From assembly GCA_964362305.1 (NCBI GenBank), contig CAYIDY010000001.1, forward strand, positions 1,526-65,525: 64,000 nt of DNA, given 5' to 3'. Origin of the DNA: an uncultured Candidatus Saccharibacteria bacterium. Lineage in GTDB: Bacteria > Patescibacteriota > Minisyncoccia > Phycocordibacterales > UBA2100. Of the stretch, positions 47,346-55,055 are shown piece by piece (position 1 is the stretch's first letter; each line of letters opens with the position of its first letter). The position numbers were made by a program, and so were the translations under genes. The notes below the pieces were generated by a model. It did not search any database and was not told where the DNA came from. It saw only the letters and a list, made by a program, of their open reading frames with translations.

Positions 47346-50081
47346 TTACCGAATCTCAAACGCGTCAACGAATGGGAAGAATAGCTTGTACCAGTTTGGC
47401 TCAGATGAGCTGACGGTATCGTTTTTCTTCTTGTTCGAAGTTGCCTTGAAGATTGGCGCTGGTGCGTTCACGTCTTTGAGAAGAACCTGTGTGCCACTCT
47501 TTTTGCCGGTGAGCGCTTTGCCAGGGAACGACTTCGGCAGGTTTGTTCCGACTTCTTCGTACGCAGGGTTGACGGTGCCTGGTGACGCTTGGTAGCGACT
47601 CTTGAAGGCATTGATTTCACCGAGCTGTTGTTCTGAGAGTCCGAATGAATCTCCGTTTACACAGTAGAGGTCGTTTATTTTGCGCTGCGTCGTGTAGTAC
47701 ACGTGCCCTGTTGGCTCTTCAATTCCCCACGGAGTGAGAACTTCGCTTGAGTACTTTGCCTGGAAGCGTTTGACCGCAGCGACCGTGATGTAGTCGTAGA
47801 TGCCAGTGACATCGAGTGCCTCACCTTCCCATGCGTTCAGGAAGCCTTGCAAATCTTTCACATCATCCATGTCCACTGGCTTTCCGACCTTCATGTAGCT
47901 CTGAAGCAGAGGCACACACTGAGGGCCATCGTTCACTGCTACCACGTCCGACTTTTCATCGACAGAGACATCAACCGAGTCCGTCGCGGGGTCGAGCGGT
48001 TGTGGGTATATGTAGATTGATTCGTTCTTGAAGCCGGTGAGTTTTGCTGTGTTGTTGTACACGCCGTATGGAATGCCGGTGTTGTATTCAACGGTGTAGT
48101 TTACGGTAATTTCTTCCCCATCTTTAATCGTGTTCAAGACCCAGTGACGAGCAAACACGCGGTTGCCATCCGGCCCCTTCAAGGTGTCTGCAAGCTTTGC
48201 GCGATAGATTGCACCACCACCTTTGTTATTCTTCACAACGATTTTGTAATCAACTTTTGCTGGAGCCGATGCCTTCACAATACTTGCTGTCTTTTCAATC
48301 GTGACATTTGGATTTGAGATATAGCCTCCAGGAGCGCCTCCTCCAGCCTCCGCTGTGCCTACGAGAATCTGTCCAGCGATTTGCGTCAATGGATCCGAGC
48401 CGGAGCCTGCAGGGTCTGGACCGAAGACGAGGTTTCCTTTCCAGTCACCCGAAACGGTGAAGAGGGCAAAAATCCAGTCTTGACCAATAATCGTTTGATT
48501 TAGAACGTTGAGAATCTGCACAAATGCATTTGCGTCTCCCGTTTTAATCTTTGCTGCTGCGCCCGCAGCTGCGTTGTTGCCTGTTGTTGCTTCAACAATC
48601 GCATTGTTCAAGACCTTCGCGTAGTTGGTCGTTGATGCATGAACTCCGCGTACTCCCGCGCGACTTTCATTCGTTCCCGCGCCACAGATAATTTCTCCAT
48701 AGCTTGTCTTTTCGCGAGAGAATCCATCAGGAAGACGCACAACATTACCCTGCCATGCACCTCCTACGTTCACTATGAAGCACACTGGTGCACCAATTTG
48801 GTTTACGAAGTTCATCGCGACGGAGTCAGAGTTTGCCTGGCCTGTTTGAATCTGTGCCTGCTCTTGTGTTGAAGATGCCGATGCGGTATTCGAGCCAGAG
48901 AGTGCATTTGCAGTTCCGTTGTTTGTTACATCAGCGGTGTTGTCCGCATTAAGCGAGCTTCGAGGGCCAAACTTCGAACCGGTTGAAAGCGTTCTGAAGA
49001 AGTTTGCGTCAGGAAGCACGATGTTTCCGTCCAAGTTCCCTTGATTCGCCATAAGAATAATCATGTAGCGCGAATCAACAATCTGTAGGTTTCCGAAGTT
49101 TACGATTCCACCAAACGCACTCGCGTTACCGGTGTCCACTGAGGCAACGCCTGAATCAGATGTAGATGTGTTTGTCCCTGTGCCCGCACGCACAACAAGA
49201 TCATTTGTTACTTCTGCACTCTGATCGGTGATGATGTTTAGGACTGCATCGGCTAGAGAACAACCAGAAAGTGAACATCCTCCCACGTCGCTCGCGAGGT
49301 TGTTGAACATGTTCATAATGCGGTCGGTAAAGTCGAGTTCTGTCGAGAGTGGGTTCTTCAAAAAGAGGAGTGAGCCTTGAGAATTTGTGACGGCCACGTT
49401 GAAGAGTGAGATGAGGTACCCGAATGCATCTGCATTTCCTGTTTTAACCGATGCGCCACTGTCCTGACTTTGCGCTTCGTTTTCGCCAGTTTCAGCTACA
49501 GATTCGCCTTCGTTCTCCATCACCAAGTCCTGTGTCGTTTGAACGACGACTGGCGGGGGCTTCACGATGTATTTGTCACAATGCGGCTGCCAGCTTTTTT
49601 GACACAAGAGGATGTACCATGTTGGCGGTTTGCCAAACGGATACGTTGTTCCAACCGGCATGATGTCAGAGCTTGTTGTGTTTGCACTGTTGGTAGCTGT
49701 CGTGTCAGACGATGCGTTGCCTGTCACAACTTCTGCCGGAGCCGGGTCAGTTACTGCCGGCGGGTCTTCTGTAGCATTTGAACTGTCACCGTTCTCGCCT
49801 GTTCCCGCAGGCTCTGTTGAAGTCTGTGAGTCTCCATTTTCGCCGTCTTGTGGCGCGGTGTCGGGAGCAGGGCTTCCATCGTTTCCATCAGTACCGTCGG
49901 TTGCATTCGTATTCTCTGTAGGTGTCGGTTCCGGCGTTGGCGTCGTTTCTACAACGGGTGCTGGTTCACTCGCCTCTTGAGCATACGAAGCGGCAACCGG
50001 CCAGAGTGGACTTATTGCGAGATGCACTGCAAGTGCTATCGCGAAATTCCGAAGCCAAAATGTTTTTAAATCTTTTGTCAT
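47346..50081 (-). CDS. Large secreted protein: four fibre-type repeats, DUF11-like Ig domain, peptidoglycan-binding domain
   Basis: Signal peptide; TGxN...TG[NDQ]A repeats; VTIEKTA...VDYKIVVKN...LADTL; DVKDLQGFLN...TGIYD..TVAAVKRFQ. Confidence 0.78.
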   Translation of the reverse strand: MTKDLKTFWLRNFAIALAVHLAISPLWPVAASYAQEASEPAPVVETTPTPEPTPTENTNATDGTDGNDGSPAPDTAPQDGENGDSQTSTEPAGTGENGDSSNATEDPPAVTDPAPAEVVTGNASSDTTATNSANTTSSDIMPVGTTYPFGKPPTWYILLCQKSWQPHCDKYIVKPPPVVVQTTQDLVMENEGESVAETGENEAQSQDSGASVKTGNADAFGYLISLFNVAVTNSQGSLLFLKNPLSTELDFTDRIMNMFNNLASDVGGCSLSGCSLADAVLNIITDQSAEVTNDLVVRAGTGTNTSTSDSGVASVDTGNASAFGGIVNFGNLQIVDSRYMIILMANQGNLDGNIVLPDANFFRTLSTGSKFGPRSSLNADNTADVTNNGTANALSGSNTASASSTQEQAQIQTGQANSDSVAMNFVNQIGAPVCFIVNVGGAWQGNVVRLPDGFSREKTSYGEIICGAGTNESRAGVRGVHASTTNYAKVLNNAIVEATTGNNAAAGAAAKIKTGDANAFVQILNVLNQTIIGQDWIFALFTVSGDWKGNLVFGPDPAGSGSDPLTQIAGQILVGTAEAGGGAPGGYISNPNVTIEKTASIVKASAPAKVDYKIVVKNNKGGGAIYRAKLADTLKGPDGNRVFARHWVLNTIKDGEEITVNYTVEYNTGIPYGVYNNTAKLTGFKNESIYIYPQPLDPATDSVDVSVDEKSDVVAVNDGPQCVPLLQSYMKVGKPVDMDDVKDLQGFLNAWEGEALDVTGIYDYITVAAVKRFQAKYSSEVLTPWGIEEPTGHVYYTTQRKINDLYCVNGDSFGLSEQQLGEINAFKSRYQASPGTVNPAYEEVGTNLPKSFPGKALTGKKSGTQVLLKDVNAPAPIFKATSNKKKNDTVSSSEPNWYKLFFPFVDAFEIR

Positions 50082-50278
50082 AATGCGCACGTTTAATTTG
50101 TTTTACTCTTTATCCCTAATAAATACTTTGTAATCTCACTTTCCCTCCTAATGAGACCCCGCGTTTGAATTTAATCGGAGACTCATGAGAGGGAGGAAGC
50201 GCCGTGCGGCTCTTCCTCACCGTCTCAATTCTTTTTTTTCGCTTTCGCGTCGAAAAGAACATCACTCGAGCGAGTGAA

Positions 50279-51163
50279 CTATCGAGTTACGCGGACCATC
50301 GTCGTGTTCATGACGTTGATCGAGCCTGACTCTGAGTGAGCAGCACCTGTGCGAACTTCGCCTCCGAGAGCACCTGCTCCACCGTCTGCGCTTCCGCCCT
50401 GACCTGCGTCACCACCAACTGCTTCGCCGTTGGAACCGAGGTCCCATTCACAGCCACAGCGTTCTTCGTCGTCGCTTCCGACTTCTGCAGAACCGCCTCG
50501 GCCGCCGTCGCCAGCTGTACCACCGTTGCCACCTTCGCTGCCCTTAGCTTTGTTGTCGCCAGTGTCAGCCTTAGCTTCGGTTTCGTTCTCGATTTCACCT
50601 GAGTTGTACACTTTGATGGTGACAGAGTTGTCAACATCGCGGCGGAACCAAGGTGGAATACAAGCACAGTCGTTCTCGTCTTCTTCACAGCCACAGCCTT
50701 CTACTACGATATCAACGTTGTTGAGCTCGTTTGCAGAACCTGCCTCTGCTGTTGCGTTGCCCGTTACAACGTAGCCGCCGTTTCCAGCGTCGCCGCCGTG
50801 TGCGCTGCCACCTGTACCGCCATTGCCTCCTTCTGCTGACGAGTCAGTGCTTGAACCACACTCACCACACCAGCTCATACCACCGTCAACCTCAGCGCGA
50901 CCGCCTTTTCCGCCGTCGCCTGCTGTGCCGCCGTTGCCGCCGTAGCTTCCGCCAGCGTAGTTGTCGCCAGTGTCAGCCTTTGCTGTCGTCGTGTTCGAAA
51001 TCGAACCCGAGTTTGATACTTTGATGTATACCGAGTTGTCCTCTTCAGAACCTCCCCAGTCGCCACCACATTCGTTCTCACATGCGCTAGCTGTGCCAGC
51101 GAATGCAAATGCCAATGCAGAAACCGCGAGGGTTGCTACACCGAATTTCATTGAGTTTGTCAT
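50279..51163 (-). CDS. Secreted Gly/Cys-rich two-repeat protein (putative major fibre subunit)
   Basis: Signal peptide ending ASA; two ~100-aa repeats DNSV.IKV.NSG.I.N.T.AKADTGDN.A.GS.GGNGGTAGDGG.GG.AEV. Confidence 0.8.
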   Translation of the reverse strand: MTNSMKFGVATLAVSALAFAFAGTASACENECGGDWGGSEEDNSVYIKVSNSGSISNTTTAKADTGDNYAGGSYGGNGGTAGDGGKGGRAEVDGGMSWCGECGSSTDSSAEGGNGGTGGSAHGGDAGNGGYVVTGNATAEAGSANELNNVDIVVEGCGCEEDENDCACIPPWFRRDVDNSVTIKVYNSGEIENETEAKADTGDNKAKGSEGGNGGTAGDGGRGGSAEVGSDDEERCGCEWDLGSNGEAVGGDAGQGGSADGGAGALGGEVRTGAAHSESGSINVMNTTMVRVTR

Positions 51164-51677
51164 ATATTTTAATGTGTTTAACATTTTTTTAAGTTCTGAT
51201 AACCTCCCGATTTTCATTGTGCCTCCGTACGGACGGCGCAATGTAATTTCAGAGCTTCGACCTTTTGTGAACATGCCTCCCGAGCGATTGAGCTCGTTTC
51301 GCCTGCAGTCCACGGCGCGGTCCCTCGGGAGGAGGGATCGCGCCGTATACTTCAGCGCTCGCCTCCCAAAGAACTCGTAACAAAACAGCAGACCGCCTTA
51401 AAGACGTTCTGCTTTCCAACACGAATAAATACGTTTGTAGATGCGGTCATGAAATAACCGCTGGTTTCCCTTGGTGCATCGAGCCGTAAGGCGCCGATGT
51501 CTTTACTGGTTTCCCTTGTGCTGGAGTCTTTGGCTCAAACATCAACCGCAACAACGTGATGAGAGCCCTGACTTTAACCAAAACTACTTCAAACAAAGAA
51601 GTCCGCTGATTTCCCTACACACAATCGCGAGAGCGTTTGTGTGAATTCGTTTTCCGCGGCGCACGCGACTAAACGAT
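51164..51677 (-). ncRNA. Candidate long structured 5' leader / cis-regulatory RNA
   Basis: Serial hairpins separated by AGGGAAAYCAG x3 and (G)GGAGG x4. Confidence 0.55.
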
Positions 51678-51683
51678 GGAGGA

Positions 51684-51711
51684 ATTATCTCGCACGAATC
51701 AAGAGTGTCAA
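51684..51711 (-). promoter_or_regulatory. sigma70-type promoter of the fibre locus
   Basis: Minus strand TTGACA-N16-GATAAT. Confidence 0.6.
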
Positions 51712-51840
51712 TGAATATACCTGTGAATTGCGCATTGCAATTCTCGTGTGACAACTTGTCAATCATGTGTCGGAAATTTCTTGACACCGAAATTCTTCAC
51801 TTTATCGAAAAAGAGGAAAGAGGTTTGGTATACTTGCCTT

Positions 51841-51998
51841 TCATTGACGTATACGGACTTCAGGTGGGCCCGAAACCTAGGGAAACCAGCGTAAAGCTGA
51901 TGGCTTTGGGCCCGCCTGACATCCTTATTACTTTTACAAAAGAACTGCGAGCAAGGTTTTCTATCACACGTCGCGGGCATGTCTACCCGCGACGTGTG
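51841..51998 (+). ncRNA. Candidate small RNA divergent from the fibre leader
   Basis: TG-G-TATACT extended -10 at 51826-34; 15-bp stem 51860-74/51905-19 enclosing AGGGAAACCAG; 13-bp hairpin 51965-98. Confidence 0.45.
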
Positions 51999-52006
51999 TT
52001 GTAATA

Positions 52007-53194
52007 CTATCTTCCGAACACGCGCCTGAAGAAAGTGGTCACTGGTTCCCACAATCGGTTAAGAGAGCGCGTCGCTGTCTCTCCTGCAGCCGCCGTCTGA
52101 GTCTCTTTCGATGCACTTCCAACTTCCTTCTCATCAACTTTCTTATTCTTATCCGGAATCGAAGGTGTCGCTGGTACGCCGGGACGAGACGGTGTCGAGG
52201 GTGCAGTTATTTCAACCTTTGTCTTGGCAATCGTCTCCGCTTCTTCGCTTGTAAGAGGGAATTCTTTGGTCAATTTGCAGTAAATCTCATTTGCTTTTTT
52301 ACGCGTAGTTAGATACACGAAGCCAGTAGACTTTGTTACCCCCCAGGGCGCAAGAATATCTGCCGCATACTTTGTCTGGAACACGTGCACAGCAGCAATT
52401 GTTTGCGCACCGTATATACCATCAACTTCAAGAGCTGCGCCTTCAGACTCATTGAGAAGACTCTGCAAACGCTTAACCTGTTCCGCGTCGTTATTCGCGC
52501 CTGGCTTTATGAACGCTGTGAGGTACATGTCGCACGATGCAACCATTTCGAGCGTTGAGCTAGCCGACGTTGTCTCTGTAGTCGTCGCTGCTGTAGAACT
52601 TGCTGAACCACCGCCACCGCCTCCTCCTCCACCTGATGCTGAGTTTGTTTCGTCATTATCAGACGCGCTCGAACAGCCGGGGTCATTCATGTCTTTCAAA
52701 CCGTCACCATCATTGTCGACACTGTCTTCACATGCCGGTGCTGGCCCGCCACTGTTTCCACCTGAGCCTCCTCCAGAACCGCCACCGTTGTCTCCTCCTC
52801 CGTTTCCACCTCCTCCTGTAGTGTTTGATTCATCGTTGTCGGTAGAACCAGAACATCCTGGGTCCGCGCTATCTACAAGTCCATCACTATCGTTATCAAT
52901 TCCATCTGCACACGCTGGAGTTGAACCACCTCCACCGCCGCCGCCTCCACCTTCACATCCCGAGGCGTCAAAGCCTTGCGGAATCGGGAGACCATTTGCC
53001 ATTAATTGAGCAAAAATCTCACAATTTATTTCAGAAGCCGAAGGAGTGTCTGGACTAACATTCACATCAACTTCAGGCATTGGGACGTCAACATTGACGT
53101 CCGGAACCTGCGCGTAGGCAAGTCCAGTCCCAAACAAAACACTTGCACCAACGAGAAGTCCGATTGAAGCAAGTTGCGCACGTCTTACAAACAT
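52007..53194 (-). CDS. Secreted protein with two acidic Cys (Ca-binding-like) repeats and a peptidoglycan-binding domain
   Basis: PAC.D..DND.DGL.D..DPGCS...DNDE twice; QVKRLQSLLN...DGIYG..TIAAV..FQ. Confidence 0.8.
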   Translation of the reverse strand: MFVRRAQLASIGLLVGASVLFGTGLAYAQVPDVNVDVPMPEVDVNVSPDTPSASEINCEIFAQLMANGLPIPQGFDASGCEGGGGGGGGGSTPACADGIDNDSDGLVDSADPGCSGSTDNDESNTTGGGGNGGGDNGGGSGGGSGGNSGGPAPACEDSVDNDGDGLKDMNDPGCSSASDNDETNSASGGGGGGGGGSASSTAATTTETTSASSTLEMVASCDMYLTAFIKPGANNDAEQVKRLQSLLNESEGAALEVDGIYGAQTIAAVHVFQTKYAADILAPWGVTKSTGFVYLTTRKKANEIYCKLTKEFPLTSEEAETIAKTKVEITAPSTPSRPGVPATPSIPDKNKKVDEKEVGSASKETQTAAAGETATRSLNRLWEPVTTFFRRVFGR

Positions 53195-53392
53195 AAGCAA
53201 TTTAATATTTAATAACTAAATAAAAAGACCATTCCGTCCGTAAGAGTATTCCGACTGAGGTTCATGTCAACAAGAATCCGACCAATTTCGCGGATTTAAC
53301 ACGTGTGAACTATATGTCAAACTTACTTTCACACACTGAGGAATGGCATGATGGCACTGTCCTTTAACGATACCATTCCGTCGTAATGTCCA

Positions 53393-54571
53393 TTACGTGT
53401 GATTATGGTGGTGCCTGTCGCGACTTGTCCAATTGATATTTTCTCCCTTCCCACCTTCCGAAGTCTGTTGTCCTTTATCAGACAGAACATGTTCGTCCTT
53501 TACAAGCATAAGGACAGCTATTGCCGTGGTTATAGGTACTACCAATATCACTCCTATTGAACCCACAAGTATGCGCACAATCTCAGCCGCGAAGATTTCC
53601 CTGTTCAGCATCTCAATGACATCAAGGCTCGCGGTGCCGTAGAAAAGAAGGAGTAGTGGAAGGGCAGCGCCAACATAGGCAATGGCAAGTGTATTCACCA
53701 ATGCGCCAATATGTTCTCTTCCCATTCGCAGCGCCCTAACGTAAATTGCTTTTCGAGTCATCGTTTTTCCTGCTCGTTGAAGCTCCTCCACCGCGACGGA
53801 CTGTCCAATCGCGGCATCATAGAGAACGCCAAGTAGACCGATGATGATGCCGCCAAGGAGGAGGCCTGCTAGGTCAATCTTGCCCCTAGAATTAAAGTGC
53901 AAATACGTCGCTTCTTCAGCTGAAAATCCACTTAACTTTGTCCAGTGTATTGAGAGGTACGCAAGAATTCCCGTAAACATAATTGTTGCGACCATCCCAA
54001 GAACTGCCGTAGTGGTCATGCGGCTCACACCATGCGTAACGTACGCCCCAACGAGCACGATGAACGAGGCAGTTCCAACCGCAATAAGTACCGGCGAGTA
54101 ACCCGCAAGTACACCGGGAAGTAGTACGAAAACGATCACAAAAAGACTGAGAATGAGCGACAGAAGCCCTCGAATCCCTTGTATTCCGCCCAAAATGAGT
54201 GTGATGGCCACGAAGAGCCCGAGAAGGATTAGGAGTGCTGGGATTCGGTAGGGCTCTTTTACCGTGTAGTAGTCCACGTTATCAAGCTCGTTGACAGTAT
54301 GCCCTAGATAAAATACATCACCCGTTTCAAGAGAAAGATAGTCATTTTCGACAAGAATTTCTTTTCCTGCCTCTTCCCCATCCAGAACCTCTACACGAAT
54401 CGTCTGGTATTGCGTGGGCGTATCCGTTCCTGGAATAAGCGCCGTTTCTTCGCTCTCTATACTGATGACCCGAGCCTTCATTACGGAGACCGCATCCTCG
54501 ACTAATGCCTGGGCTGAAGTACTGATCGGAACTAGGAGGAGAAGCGCCAGCAGCACATTAGATAAACGCAT
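53393..54571 (-). CDS. YibE/F family membrane protein with His-rich tail
   Basis: LGVLYDAAI, GREHIGALVNTLAIAYVGAALP, EIVRILVGSIG; ends RHHHNHT. Confidence 0.9.
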   Translation of the reverse strand: MRLSNVLLALLLLVPISTSAQALVEDAVSVMKARVISIESEETALIPGTDTPTQYQTIRVEVLDGEEAGKEILVENDYLSLETGDVFYLGHTVNELDNVDYYTVKEPYRIPALLILLGLFVAITLILGGIQGIRGLLSLILSLFVIVFVLLPGVLAGYSPVLIAVGTASFIVLVGAYVTHGVSRMTTTAVLGMVATIMFTGILAYLSIHWTKLSGFSAEEATYLHFNSRGKIDLAGLLLGGIIIGLLGVLYDAAIGQSVAVEELQRAGKTMTRKAIYVRALRMGREHIGALVNTLAIAYVGAALPLLLLFYGTASLDVIEMLNREIFAAEIVRILVGSIGVILVVPITTAIAVLMLVKDEHVLSDKGQQTSEGGKGENINWTSRDRHHHNHT

Positions 54572-54578
54572 AGTGACA

Positions 54579-54989
54579 CTATACGACACGCGAACAGGTG
54601 TGGCATGATCCAAAAAACTCGAGTGTGTGCTCAGAAATTGTTGCGAAGTGCGTCGATTTACTTAATGCAAGAGTCTCTGCTGCGGAAAAATCGCATCCGG
54701 GTAATTCGTCTATAAGACCGCATTGCGTGCACACGACATGGTGATGATGCGTACCCTCTGCCGATTCATATCGTGTGGGACCATTCTTCAAATGAACCTC
54801 GCGCGCGAGTCCGTGTTCTATAAATGACTGCAGTCCTCTGTATACGGTCACCAAGTCAGTAGCATTTATATCATTGTGAAGTTCTTCAACCGTCATAGGG
54901 CCTTCTCCTTTTCGTAGTGCGTTGAGAAGTGCAATACGCGACGGAGTCGCCTTTAATGAGGCATTTTTAAGAGTCTCTTTGGTTGACAT
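54579..54989 (-). CDS. Fur family regulator, probably Zur
   Basis: TPSR, TVYRGL, HHHHVVCTQCG, C-terminal CHTC. Confidence 0.9.
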   Translation of the reverse strand: MSTKETLKNASLKATPSRIALLNALRKGEGPMTVEELHNDINATDLVTVYRGLQSFIEHGLAREVHLKNGPTRYESAEGTHHHHVVCTQCGLIDELPGCDFSAAETLALSKSTHFATISEHTLEFFGSCHTCSRVV

Positions 54990-55011
54990 AGCTTATCCAC
55001 TGTATACCAAA

Positions 55012-55026
55012 TGCAAATCGTTTGCA
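55012..55026. promoter_or_regulatory. Putative Fur/Zur operator
   Basis: TGCAAA-TCG-TTTGCA palindrome between the divergent regulator and ZIP genes. Confidence 0.6.
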
Positions 55027-55055
55027 ATTAGAACCTGGCTGTGTATAGTGTTCAT

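Noticed and set aside
51164-51313. 50-aa N-terminal extension of the 344-aa ORF
   Set aside because: The signal peptide begins at MTNSMKF (51163) after an AT-rich stretch; the upstream frame runs through RNA stems, though alternative starts cannot be excluded
51164-51680. c-di-GMP, c-di-AMP or T-box riboswitch, or a CRISPR array, in the fibre leader
   Set aside because: No GEMM, ydaO or T-box consensus recognisable; repeats are only 11-14 nt with irregular spacing and there are no cas genes
51705-52052. ORFs 51705-52004 (+) and 51759-52052 (-)
   Set aside because: No protein-like features; they overlap promoter and hairpin elements
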